DNA of 64,000 nt from assembly GCF_009914755.1 (NCBI RefSeq), contig NC_060926.1. The stretch is one strand, 5' to 3'. Below the pieces are notes generated by a model. That model searched no databases. It saw only the letters and a list, made by a program, of their open reading frames with translations, and had not been told where the DNA came from. Both the position numbers and the translations under genes were made by a program. Each line of letters opens with the position of its first letter. Position 1 is the first letter of the stretch. The stretch is from the human T2T-CHM13v2.0 reference genome, Homo sapiens. Below, piece after piece: positions 1-13,000 of this stretch.

Positions 1-1985
1 CAAAAAGAATATGTAATTTTTAAAAAGTTAAAAATATTTTTAAAGTATTAGATATTCATTATGAGTCTCATAGCCTCACAAGCCCATGTCCTCTAATCTT
101 TCTCTACCAACATGCATAAGACCACCAACTACTGGTTCCCTAACCATTAGCCATACAGAGCACTTGGTAACTTCAACTGTCAATATTTTTATAGAACAAC
201 TTAGCTGTAGGTCTAGTCTTCAGCTAGAATTTTGTCACAGATTTAAGAGATCAGAAGGATTCGAGAGAGTTGATTATCTAACGGTAACATAATAATTGTT
301 TCCATTGTAAATTTCTGAGGGCAAAAACTGTTTTAACACCTCTCGTGCTTAAGCAGAATAAATAGGCTATAAATTCAAGGTTATTAAAATTCTAACAAGA
401 TAAATCACATTTAGAAACTAAGTACAGTAATTCCATTTGCCATGATACGGCACATTTTAGGATTACTATATGCTTATTTTTCTTGATATAGAAACTCATG
501 TTAAACAAGTCTAGAAAAATGTATTTTCAATTTGGTGGGGGGATGGTCTGGCCAAAGCACTTTTTGAAAATGGTTGCTACCATGCATGCTAGATACTAGA
601 ATATTGCTGAAATATATCCAGAACTATCCTACCCAGGCTTAGAGAAGTTTGGCTTACAGAAATTAGTGTCTGATAATTTTTCGTTCCCTATGTTAGGAAC
701 TGTCCCTGTGTTAAGATGGCTGGTCTTGGCCAGGATCCTGGGGAACATGTTGTGTCTTATTTGGACAGTTTTTAAATTACTCTCAGCAGAGTCAGCAGCT
801 GCAGCTCAGGAAGAAGGGAGAGAAATGTAGGTTTTAAAACCAGTAGAAAGGTTTGCTGGGGCTCTGAGAGGAGCCCAGGGCTTGGTATTGACTGTCCCTA
901 CCCTTGGTCAGCAAGTCACCCCATCAATGGAGCAGTTGGGGACCTGAGACATGCAGGGACTTTCTCACAGACTCTGAGTCCCATCTGACAATGGGCTCCC
1001 TTGGAATGTGCCTCTACTTTGTTTGGTTTTACTGCTGAGAAGTCTGCTCATGGAAATTTGGATAATGCTTGAGAAAAAGAGAATTATTTTCTTCTCATTT
1101 TCAAAGCCACACATTGAGCTATGAAAACTGATCCACATAATAAGGAAGAGGTTTTTGTTGACTGCGGGGATACCTTGGTAAGAAATGGTGAATCTGCTGA
1201 CTGCTATTTCAAGGCCATATATTTCACAAATGTATATATTGTATATTTATTGTCTGTAAGTGTCCCATGCTCTCTCAAAATAAAATAAAATTATGCTAAA
1301 AAACTGCTACTAATAGAAAAACGTGTTCACTGAACAGCAAATGTTAAATTGGTATAAAAAACATTTTAGTTAGTTTTGACACACCTGTGTCCATTTTAAA
1401 TACTACTATAAATGTTAGTACTTGGGATTCATGGCAAATATTTTGATTTCATCTCTAAAGAATCAAGTAGTAGATTTCATCCCAGAAAGTAAAACTCGAT
1501 GATACTGCTCTTGATATGATTCTGCCTTGGGGAAAACTCTTCAAATGTCACAGTTTTTATGATCTACCACAGAAACAAAGAAATTCACATATGGCCCCTT
1601 ATTTTCATATCAATTTCCATAAAACAAAAGAAAGCAGCTACACCATGAAGTTGAGGAATAAGAATTCATATTAAACAAAAGAAATGCACATACTGCCATG
1701 TTTCAATATTTGCTCCACGGAAGAATTACAAAATGCATGCAAAACAAAGTTATATCTACCTGTCTTGTCTTCTCTAATATTTTGAGGACAGAGAGAGACG
1801 GAAAGGCTGGTTCCTGTGGCTTGTTCACTGACACCAAACTGCACGTTCAGTCGAGTAGCCCTTATTACATAAGTTTTAGTTGATATGCAGGAAACCTGTC
1901 CTACTCGCTATGCAATGTGTTCACATGAAAACAGACAGAACAAAGAATGAAGACTCTCTACTCCAGTGAACAGACGCCAACTTAC

Positions 1986-2099
1986 TTCCATCTGGAAGGC
2001 GCGCCACTACAATCCCGCTGCCTCCTCTGGCAGTCACCAGGAACCCGGCTTTGATCACAGACAGAATTGCAAGGCCTTTAGCCTTCGCAATTACGTGAG
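1986..2099 (-). CDS. SH3YL1: SH3YL1 coding exon 3 (SYLF/YAB domain; (A)HVIAKAKGLAILSVIKAGFLVTARGGSGIVVARLPDG(K))
   Basis: 114-nt exon with AG acceptor (2101-2100) and GTAAG donor (1985-1981) on the - strand. Phase 1 joins exon 2 (G|CT = Ala). The peptide matches the SH3YL1/Ysc84 SYLF N-terminus. The gene continues beyond the left edge. Confidence 0.95.
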
Positions 2100-5000
2100 C
2101 TGTTAACGTGGAAAACAATGGGAAGGTAAGCATTTTGATCTATGTGCCTGGATAGACGAGCAAGTGTTAAACAGAGTCAGTGTACACAGAGGTTATCTCT
2201 AGGAATTCGGGGCACACAGGAGCAATGAACAAAAGTCAGTCACTCAACAGATGGGCACGAGGCCTCTCTATTCCCATGAATGTTTTTTGTGTTTGCTATT
2301 TTTGCAGTGCTAAACACAACATCATAAATATCCTCACATCCTGTAACTGACAAAATAAATTAGATATTTGAAAGAGATTTTATTGCTATCTATTAGCAGG
2401 GCAAATATTTTGGCAATTTCAATTAATTTAGGATATAGTACATAAAAGATAAAAGCTACATTTTCAAAGAAATTAAGATCCATATAGTATTAAGGAGAAA
2501 CTTTAAAAATTACAAAAAGGCAGCATGAATTAGAACTTTGATCTTAAAGCCACGTAGCTAAATTAACCTTGTATTAATATAAAAATTTGGATTCAAAAAC
2601 AGAAAAATTAAGTAATTTTCCAATGTTAAAACATTTTCAACTTTATAAAATGATCTGCTATAGCATTTGAGTACCACTTAACTATTAGTACACTGATAAT
2701 ATAATTCCATTTAAAAATATTGGTTTATTCACATGTCAGAGATGTTCATTACATAAAATGAGGGTTATTGGTATATGTATCCACTGAATATAGTGCCACA
2801 CGATTCTGTGAATTTACGACACAATAACACCTCATTCAAACTAACGAGGGAAGCCTAACATATAACTTTAAGGTAGTTTAACTTATTATTATTTTTATCA
2901 AATATTCTGCCAAGGAAGTGAAGTCAGACATGGGGCTCTAGTACACAGAGCAAAAGCTTTGCAGATGACCCAAGAGAACACTAAAATTCTCATGTAATTA
3001 TGCCACCATTTCAAAGTTTAAATTAAGAACCGACTCTTGGAAATAATTCATCCAACACCATGAAGTTTGCATGCAGAACATTTGTGGAGCTGTTCTTAAT
3101 AAGAAAGCTACAGAAAATAAGGTTGCATCCTGGATGGCTGTCTACTAAGTGTACTTTATTTTTGTATTTTAAAAGGTTATAATTATATTGTAACAAGATT
3201 GAAAGCTGTATTATATGTTGTGCAGATTTATTTTTACAGCCACCTGTTGGCAGAATGTCTTCCTCACATTCTGTTCTCGATGCTTCTAGAGTTGCTATTG
3301 CCCCTATTGGGAATATTAGATATTAACAAAAGCACATTTTAAAATGGACATATTCCACATGTCAATTATATTTTTACAGATTTCCACTCAAATTCAGGGA
3401 CACTAACATATTAATAATCCCTGAATAATCTGCCAATTAGCTTTTGATTTATAACATAGAATGTACCAATTATAGATTTAATTGCTAAATTAAGTTTCAC
3501 CTACTTCTTAGAATCCTAACATTAGAGGAGGCCAAACACACCACTGGGAAGGTTTTAAGATCTAGATGTCTTGTTTAAATATTTTGTAGATGCAACTGTT
3601 TATCCTATGAAATAGCATCTTTGTTTTAATGTAAACATAATGCCCCCCACCAGACTCCCAGGAGAAGTGGGCCTGGATCTCTGTTGGCTGTGGAACTTCC
3701 ATCGTTGCCACACCCATGCTTTGGGGCAATCTCTTACTTAGACTAACATGCAAACAGAATTTCTTTTTCTGAGCTTCACCCACTGAGACGGGCTCCTTCA
3801 GAATACTGATACTGAAAATCTAGTTTTTCTTGTTGAGTTTTCTTTAAGCTCTAAAGCAGCGCTTCTGAAACTAGTGTGTGTGTGCACCTCACTGGGACCT
3901 TGGGAGGAATGCAGACTGATTTGTGACGTCTGAGCAGATTTCTCACAAGCTCCCAGGGGATGCCAAGCTGCAGATTCAGACTATACCTGGAGCAGTAAGG
4001 CTCTAACAAGCACCGTTTCCTCAAGACAGGAGAAGTCACCGGGCCAATGCAACAACAATTAATATCATGATTAAGATTATTAAAACAACAACAAATTTTT
4101 AAAGCATTAAAGTTCTATTAAATAACTTTAGATATCTGGCTTAGAAAAATTAACTTTATCTCTTTAATGCAGGACCCAGAGTCATGCACTCTGATTAACT
4201 AAGAGGGAGGCTGGTCTGTAACACTGTCCAGGCTAACTGGCATGAGACAAGTATGCTATGAACACCCTTTGGAAATAACTAGAAGTGGTGATGAACAGAT
4301 AGTGGTTTTCAAAGGCTCCCCTCTGGACTGATCTTATGTGTCACTGACTACTTAAGAATTACATGAGAAACATGTTTAAAACATGCATTCCTGGACACAC
4401 TGCACTAAAAGTCTGATTCAGCAGGTTTGGAGTGAGGTTTAAGAACTGTGCTTTTATGGTCTAGGGGATACTGATGCACATCTGTGTTAGGAATTACTGA
4501 TTAATGTCTTAAACCGCTAGAGAATGTAAATGTCTTATGTGGAAGGAGGAAACACAAAATTAAAATTTATGTATGAGATTAGCTGGTGAGTTTGCGAGGT
4601 TAGCTTGCAGAGTTCTTAGCACGCGATGCAAAGGACAGGCGAGGCTGCAGAGAGCTCAAGTGGAGCAGGAACATGTGGTGTTTAGGGCGCTGGCACCCTG
4701 GGATGGGAGGCAGGAGAAAAAGCCTATGCAAAAGGGAGAGACAGGGAGGGAAGAGGCCCTGCTGGTTTGCCTGGTCTGCAGCTGGCCCTGTCCAGACCCC
4801 TTCCACCTGGAGTAGCAAGGCCTTATGATGACTGTTTTCTCATGATGGGAGAAGTGGCAGGAATGCAACAATAATTAATATCATTATTTTATCATTATTA
4901 AGATTATTCTATCAATAACAAATTTTTAAAACAGAGCTCAGAGTCACGTGCTGTGATTAATTAAGAGGGAGGTTGGTCTGTAACATTGCCAAAGTTAATT

Positions 5001-5259
5001 GGCATTTGGATCTCCTTTGCATGAAACAAGTTATGCTGTGAACACCCTTTGGAAATAACCAGAAGTTGTAATGAACAGGTAGTAGTTTCCAAAGCATCCC
5101 TGGATCAGTCATGAGAAAAAAGGTGGTGGAACAAAAGGTGGCTGAACTACTTGTTGGCATTGATGGAGGCTTCTGCCTGAAATGGAGTGTCGAACAATGC
5201 AAAAAACAACTTAGGAAAAAGACATTTAGAGACAAACAGCACTCATCCTATTTACCTAC

Positions 5260-5370
5260 CAGGAATGATCTTATCAGGTCCATTTCTGGAAGTTATTTCT
5301 GTGAATTCTCTTAATATTTTGGCAGCCTTTTTTGCTTCTGATTTCAAATTGGAAGGTATAGGGTTATTCA
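5260..5370 (-). CDS. SH3YL1: SH3YL1 coding exon 2 ((M)NNPIPSNLKSEAKKAAKILREFTEITSRNGPDKIIP)
   Basis: 111-nt exon with tttcAG acceptor at 5372-5371 and donor G|GTAGGT at 5259. It begins TG AAT AAC CCT, i.e. the last two bases of the start codon. Confidence 0.95.
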
Positions 5371-5458
5371 CTGAAACATAACAAAAGATATTTTAATGAA
5401 AAATTCTGCTAAATAGAAGTGAGAAATTTATTATTATTTCATTCTTCTCATATACAAT

Positions 5459-6085
5459 TGTCAGAGGTGTTCAAACCAGAGGGACTCCATTTTGAATAGG
5501 AGCTGGGTGAAATAAGGCTGAGACCTACTGGGCTGCATTCCCAGAGGGTTAGGCATTCCAAGTCACAGGATGAGACAGGAGGTCCGCACAAGATACAGGT
5601 AACGAAGACCTTGCTGATAAAACAGCATGCAGTAAAGGAGCTGGCCAAATCCACCAAAACCAAGAAGGCAATGAACGTGACCTCTGGTCATCTTCACTGC
5701 TCATTATACACTAATTCTAATGCGTTAGCTGCCAAAAGACACTCCCACCAGCGCCATGACAGTTTACAAATGCCATGGCAACATCAGGAAGTTACCCTAT
5801 ATGGTCTAAAAAGGAGAGGACCTCTCAGTTCCGGGAATTGCCCACCCCTTTTCCAGAAAACTCACGAATAATCCACTCCGTGTTTAGCATATAATTGAAA
5901 AACAATTGTAAGTATCCTTAGTTGAGCAGCCCATGCCACTACTCCACCTATTGAGTAGCCCTTCTTTATTCCTTTACTTTCTTAATAAACTTGCTTTTAC
6001 TTTATGGACTTGCCCTGAGTTCTTTCTAGCACCAGGTCCAAGAACCCTTTCTTGGGGTCTGGATCGGGACCCCTTTTTGGTAACA
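5459..6085 (+). mobile_element. ERV1 solo LTR, MER41 family (MER41B-like)
   Basis: TGTCAGAGG...GGTAACA termini with a 4-bp target-site duplication CAAT (5455-5458 / 6086-6089) and an internal AATAAA. Sequence resembles the recalled MER41 consensus. Confidence 0.9.
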
Positions 6086-6847
6086 CAATGAAGCATTACC
6101 ACAGCATAGCCTATCAAAGGAAATGACTGGAAATCCTCATTGACAGTATCATCTCTATTTCTCCTAATAAATCAAATCTATGCTGAGAGTCAGAAACTCT
6201 AAACTCTCATCTCAGAAATTATAAAATCCTTGGGCCCCAAAGGATGTTAAACAAAACCTGGCCAAACCTCCCTGTTATGTATCTTCTTCCTGCAATTAAC
6301 AGACTTCAATACTAATTTAAAATAAGAATTTAAAATTTAAAAATATATTTTGTAACTATCTATAATATATAGTATAAATTTAATATATTTTGTTGTTCTT
6401 GCCAAAAATGTTGGAACTGGCTGCCTGTAGACTTTCTGATGAGTAAAACTCTAGGAAGACTTGGGAATTGAGCCTACAAGTAACGCCGGCCTGCATTTCT
6501 ATGGCACTTTACGTTTACAGTGTTGCCTGGACATTCATACACTCATCAGAGGGCTTGTCATAACAAAGCTCACATAATTCTTCCAGCTCTGAAGTATATC
6601 GAGAAGATAGACTATTCTCTTGTTACTGGACGAGGGATCAGCAGAGCGAAGAAGCTGAATAGCTTCAGTGTAGGACCACAAGTGCCCTGAGGCTGAGAAG
6701 TTCTTGTCTCACTGTCTACAATTAGGAGGCACATGCGTGACTGACTGCAGGATGCCAGGATCTGGAAGGTTGAAGGCATTCATTTCCACTGTTTCGCCTC
6801 AGTAATTTACAGAACAGAGATGAAGTACGCTAATGGAAGCTTGCTTT

Positions 6848-7420
6848 TGTAAAAGGAAAATAAATCTCAGGACCCCAGAATCACTGAGCCAAGGGAAAAG
6901 TCAAGCTGGGAACTCTGTGAGGCAAACCTGCCTCCCATTTTATTCCTAAAAAGATAGCTACAAAGGTAAGAAGCTACACACCTCCCTCACAATTTGATCA
7001 CAAGGAAATTCCCTGTGGACAACAGATGGAACTCAGACTCATCCCTCTGCTCACGTGAGACAAATGCATATCTGATTGTTTCCTTTGCCCTGTTGTTTCA
7101 CTAAGCCAGACTACAGCCTAAGTGACTATTCCTGTAAATCACAAAGGCTAATCAGACACTCAAAAGAATGCAACTGTTTGTCTTCTATCTATTTATGATC
7201 AGGAAGCCCCCTACCCACTTCAAGTTGTCCCGCCTTTCTGGATCTAATCAATCTTACATATATTGATTGATGTCTCATGTCTCCCTAAAATTTATAAAAC
7301 CAAACTATACTCAAATCGCCTTGAGCACGTCATCAGGACCTCCTGAGGCTGTGTCATGGGCTGTCCTTAACCTTGACAAAATAAACTTTTAAAATTGATT
7401 AAAACCTGTGTCAGAGCTCA
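6848..7420 (+). mobile_element. ERV1 LTR, MER4 family (right end approximate)
   Basis: Starts TGTAAAAGGAAAATAAATCTCAGGACCCC...AAGTCAAGCTGGGAAC, like recalled MER4 LTRs; AATAAA near 7380. Confidence 0.75.
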
Positions 7421-7584
7421 TGTATAAACTCATGGTTTATTCTTTCGACAGATCAAATGCTGAAACAGCAGAGAAAAAAATCCCTTTCTTTTATTCAGCA
7501 AAATATAAATATCTCCAATAAAATGTGATATATTTTGGTGCCTGGAATGTTTGAAACATGTAATTTATCTTAAAAGTGAAAACT

Positions 7585-7870
7585 GGCTGGGTACTCCCAG
7601 CACTTTGGGAGGCCAAGGGAGGAGGATCACTTGAGGCCAGGAGTTCGAGACCAGCCTGGGCAACATAGTGAGACCCCCATCTCTACCAATAAAATGATTT
7701 AAAAAATTAGCCAGTCATGGTCCTTGCTGAAGTCCTTGCTACCCAGGAGGCGGAGGCAGGAAGATCACTTGAACTCAGGAGATCAAGGCTGCAGTGAGCT
7801 ATGACTGGGCTACTGCACTCCAGCCTGGGCAACAGGGCAAAGCCCTGCCTCAAAATAAAATAAAATTTTA
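7585..7870 (+). mobile_element. Alu (old, AluJ-like)
   Basis: Dimeric Alu with A-rich tail; TSD AAAAGTGAAAACT at 7572-7584 and 7871-7883. Confidence 0.92.
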
Positions 7871-8663
7871 AAAAGTGAAAACTGACTTAGGGTCATTTTG
7901 GAGTTCTATTTAAATTTCTTTAAAAGATGTCAGTATCAGTTCTTTGTGGCTCAACACAGGAGTATTAACAAGATCCAGACCAGGAAAAAAATCCATCCCA
8001 AGATTCATCAATGGTATTAAGTCAGATAGAGGAAGGTATTTCCACAGATACTTTATGCAAAATTAAGTGTGCATGATGCATGTGTGTAGCTCTTTACTCC
8101 TTTTAAAAACAAGTGGCATCACAGCATTAGTGTATTTTGGCATGTTGCATTTTTTAATCAATGTTATCTCAGAATAGTTAAAATACTGCCTCTCAGTGTA
8201 GGCTTTTCAAATCAACTTCATGAGATACAATTTACAAAATGAAATCTACCTGTTACAGGTATAGCTCAGTGTGCATGGACAGAGGTAGAGACCACTCCTG
8301 ATCACAGCATCCGTGCCCTCTGTAGTGGTCACTCCTATACCCAGCCCCTGCCTCAGGTTAGTGCCAATCTGATTTCTGTCATTAAGTATGAATTTTGTCT
8401 GTGCCAGAACTTCATATAGTCATCAGTGTGTGTTCTTTTCTGTCTAGCTTATTTTACTCACCATGAAATTACTGAGACTCAAATTGCTGCACAGATCAGC
8501 TCTTCCTTTTTGACTGCCAACTGGTATTCTAATGTGTGGACATAGCACAATTTGTCCTTCCAGTCACTGTTGATAGACAATTGGGTTGTTTCCAGCTTTT
8601 GGCTATTACAAATAAAACTGCTATAAATATTCCTTTGTAAGCCTTTTGTAAAAAAATGTTTTA

Positions 8664-8963
<300 letters not shown>

Positions 8964-9628
8964 AAAAAATGTTTTATTTCTCTTGGGTAATTACCTAGGA
9001 TAGGAATTGCCAGTTCATGTGGTAAATGTGTATTTAACAATGTAAGGAGCCACCTAAGAGTTCTCTAAAGTGATTACACATTTCAGGCTTCCACCAGAAA
9101 CTTTTATAAGAGTTCTGGTTATTCCATATCCTCACCAACACTTGCAATGTCCAGTTTTTAAAATTTTAGTTATTTTAGTGGTACACAGTGGCCTTTCACT
9201 GTGGATTTAATTTTCGTTTCTCAGATGACTAATGATGTTGAACACTTTTTCCTATTTCTATATCTTGTAAAGTGTCTGCTTAAATCTTTTGTCCACGTCC
9301 TTTAACCACTTATTATTATTATTATACTTTAACGGAGTTGTTTTTTTGCTTGTTAATTTGTTTAAATTTCTTATAGATTCTGAATATTAGGCCTTTGTTG
9401 GATGTAGAGCTTACAAATATTTTCTTCTATTCTGTAGGTTGTTTTCTCTGTTGATAGTTTCTTTTGCTGTTCAGAAGCTCTTTAGTTTAAGTAGGTCCCA
9501 TTTGTCAATTTTTGTTTTTGTTGTAATTGCTTTTGGCATCTTTATCATAAAATCTTTGCCAGCGATTATGTCCACAATGGAATTTCCTAGCTTATCTTCC
9601 AGAGTTTTTACAGCTTTAGGTTTTACAT

Positions 9629-10045
9629 TGTTAAAACAGGCTAAATGTGACCTGAGAAGAACTCCATACTTCAATATTTGAGTCCTTGTAGATGAACTGC
9701 CACCTAACTTAATATGTAGACAAGATTGAGAACTTAACTTAGGAGTATGCATCTGTAACAATAGCTCAGTCTTGGCCAATCCCAGCAGCCATACTTCAAC
9801 CACTCATACACTGCTAAGTGTTCACATAAGGAAAATGATGAGCTGTAACCAATCCAGTTGTTTCTGTACTTCATTTCTGATTTCTGTACGTCACTTCCCC
9901 TTTTTTGGTCTATAAATTTGTTCTGACCACGAGGCATCCCTGGAGTCTCTCTGAATCTGCTGTGATTCTGGGGGCTGCCCGACTTGCATATCATTCATTG
10001 CTCAATTAAACTCCTTAAAATTTAATTTGGCTTAAGTTTTTAACA
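9629..10045 (+). mobile_element. ERV1 solo LTR, MER57 family
   Basis: TGTTAAA...TTTAACA termini with TSD ACAT (9625-9628 / 10046-10049). The L1 sequence resumes in register on both sides. Confidence 0.85.
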
Positions 10046-13000
10046 ACATTCAAGTCTTTAATCCATCTTGAATTGTTTTTTTGCATATGGTATAAGGAAG
10101 GGGTCCTGTTTCAGTCTTCTGTGTATGGCTGGCCAGGTATTCCAGCACCATTTATTGAATATGGAGTCCTTTCCCCATTGCTTATTTTTGTTGACTTTGT
10201 CAAATATCAGATGATTGTAGCTGTGTAGCATGAATTCTGGGCTCTCAATTCTGTTCATTGTTCTATGAGTCTGTTTTTGTACCATTACCATGCTGTTTTC
10301 ATTACTGTAGCTTTGTAGTATAGTTTGAAGTCGGGTAGCATGATTCCTCCAGCTGTTCTTTTTGCTTAGGATTGCCTTGGCTATTTGGGCTCTTTCTTGG
10401 TTCCATATGAATTTTAAAATAGTTTTGTTTTCTAATTCTGTGAAGAATGATATTGGTAGTATAATAGGAATAGTATTGAATCTATAAATTGCTCTAGGCA
10501 GTATGGCAATTTTAATAATGTTGATTCTTCCTATCCTTGAACAAGGAATGTTTTTCCATGTTTGTGCCATCTCTGATTTCTTTCAGCAGTGCTTTGTAAT
10601 TCTTGTTGTAGAGATCTTTCACCTCCTTGGTTAGCTGTATTCTTAGGTATTTTATTCTTTTTGTGTAAAATAGGTGTTTTAAATTGTATAATCTGCCATT
10701 TCTCGATCTGTTTTTGACTGATTCTTCTTCCAGCTATGGGTTATGTTTTCCTGTTTTTACTCCTTTCTAGTAAAACAGGATTGTAGATATTACCATGTTG
10801 AGTGCCTAGATTTCATTGCTTCCCTTAAAAGTGTTAACACTTGTGTTAGCAGGCAGTGAGTTACTTGTAGATCAGCTTGATCACTTGTTGGCTTGTTGTT
10901 GTGTTCTGTTTGTGTGTCTAGAGTAGCCTTTAGAACTATTTTATCCATCAAGGTGTGTCCCTTCTGGGCTCTCTCCTGGGTGCCCTGGTTGTTTAATAAG
11001 CTGTCTCCATTGTGGCTGTTTCGAATGGCTGTCCCCAGCCTGATGCAAGCACTGTGAATAGTTCACCTCAAAGCTTCATGGCAGTTGTTCTTGCCTGCTT
11101 TGCAAATTTCACCCTACACAGCTAGCACTTAATATTCAGCAGAAGGCTCAGGGGGATCCCTCTGCAGATTTCTGGAGCTCTTTCTCTCAGCCGTCCCTCA
11201 TTGCTAGTAACATGCTCTGCAAATTCCAGTTACCTCAGCCTCTTCAGACTCAATTTCTGCCTCTTCTTTTAAGCAGGAGCCTGGGCTCTGGGTGCCCCCT
11301 CCTTGTCCTGCAGTTTAGGAAGTGCTCCAGGCAGAAAACGGTCACTAATGGAGTTCACCTCCTGTTCCCCTTATCTTGTGGATCTCAGACATGTCCACCA
11401 TGTGCAAAAAGTGCTCTACACACAGCTGTCCAGTTTCCTAGCTGTTTACCATGTGTGAGTAGCAGGAGCCATTTCGCTGCCCTGGCCAGTAGCTCTCAGT
11501 GCATTTTCCATTTGTTCTTTTATGATGAGCAATGCTGACCACATTTCACTCTCTCTATCAAAGGTTTCTCATGCACCTTGTTATTTACAGGGGGTTTCTC
11601 TCTGTTTCTTATTAATTTATACATTAAAAATTAATATTTTTTTGGAATATGAGTTAAAAACATTGACTCTCTGTTACTTGTCTTTTGAATTTGCTTTTTT
11701 TTCTGTTTTTTCTTAATGAAATCAAATCTGTCTTCTATCTTACAAGGGTCTTTTAATAAAACACAGTAATTTTGAAGTTCAAATGGGAAAATAAACAAGC
11801 AAGAAGAGCTAGGAAAAAATATGTAATAGGAGAACAATGACAGCCCAGCCTTGACAGAACCTGTGACACATTACAAAGCCTCAATAATTAATACATAATA
11901 GCAGATGCAAATATAGGAGAAAAATCAATTCACAAAGAAGAAAATTCAGAAATTAACCCAAATATATTTACAAATTTAGTATATAATAAAAATGACACCT
12001 CAATTCTATGTTGAAATGATGTATTGCATACTAGATAATGTTCATTTGGGGAGAAAAACAAAAATTCATTCACAGCTTTGTGTTACAGAAAGATAAACTC
12101 CAAATTCATTGAAGATTTAGAGTGTCAAATATCAAATTATAAAAGAACCAGGAATTATAGAATTTTTTTTCAATTTCATAGTGGAAAAGACCCAAGTATG
12201 GCAACAAAATTTCTATATTTCTATATTTTTACATGATCAGCAATTATTTGTACAACGTACAAATACATTGTAAAATACAGGAAAAAGTACAGATATGAAA
12301 ATATGAAGGATAAAAAGCATCTATAACATTAATACTCACCAATACTACTGTCTGCATTTTGATGTATGCTTCAATTGATTCCTATTGCGAAACATGTAGA
12401 CTGATTCCACTTTTAGCTTTTATAGCCATTACTATCAGGTGGTAATTATCTTGGGAGAGATGCTCTAGATGCTCAATATGTTTTAATTACATTTATACAT
12501 ATATCTAGATGCTGGATACATTTGAATTAGTTCACTGGAGTGGAAACTTGTTCTTTCTGCTGCTGAATATTTCATCTACTTTATTTCAGAGGCAGCACAA
12601 CTTGTCTGCTTACATTGATGCTGCAGCCATAGTATCTGGAGTGGATTGGGTGACCCGAGGCTGCTGTATCAGGACGACATTCCTTTTGGTGCCACAGCAG
12701 GGCTTTATAACCAAAGCTGGTCCAATACCAGCATCTGATGGGGGACTTGTATAGGAGCTGCCAGAATAACTTTTTCCAAGGCACTTCTGTTTCCACTTGC
12801 TGTGGGATTTTTGTCTCCACAAGGGGAGAGTCTGAGAGCAAAGCCTTCGTAGGGGAACCTGGCAGAAGGTGGAGAGAGCACCTGGGCTCTGCAAAGCCAG
12901 ACTGAAGTCACAAGCCGCTCTGGACTTCTTCGTCAAATGGACCAGCAACATCTTTTTCTGTTAAAGCAATTTAGACTAGATTTTCTGATACATGCAACTG

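Noticed and set aside
12509-12951. Cluster of 70-113-aa ORFs in SH3YL1 intron 1
   Set aside because: No recognisable protein similarity. The region looks like an old LTR-type repeat, but I could not assign a family confidently.
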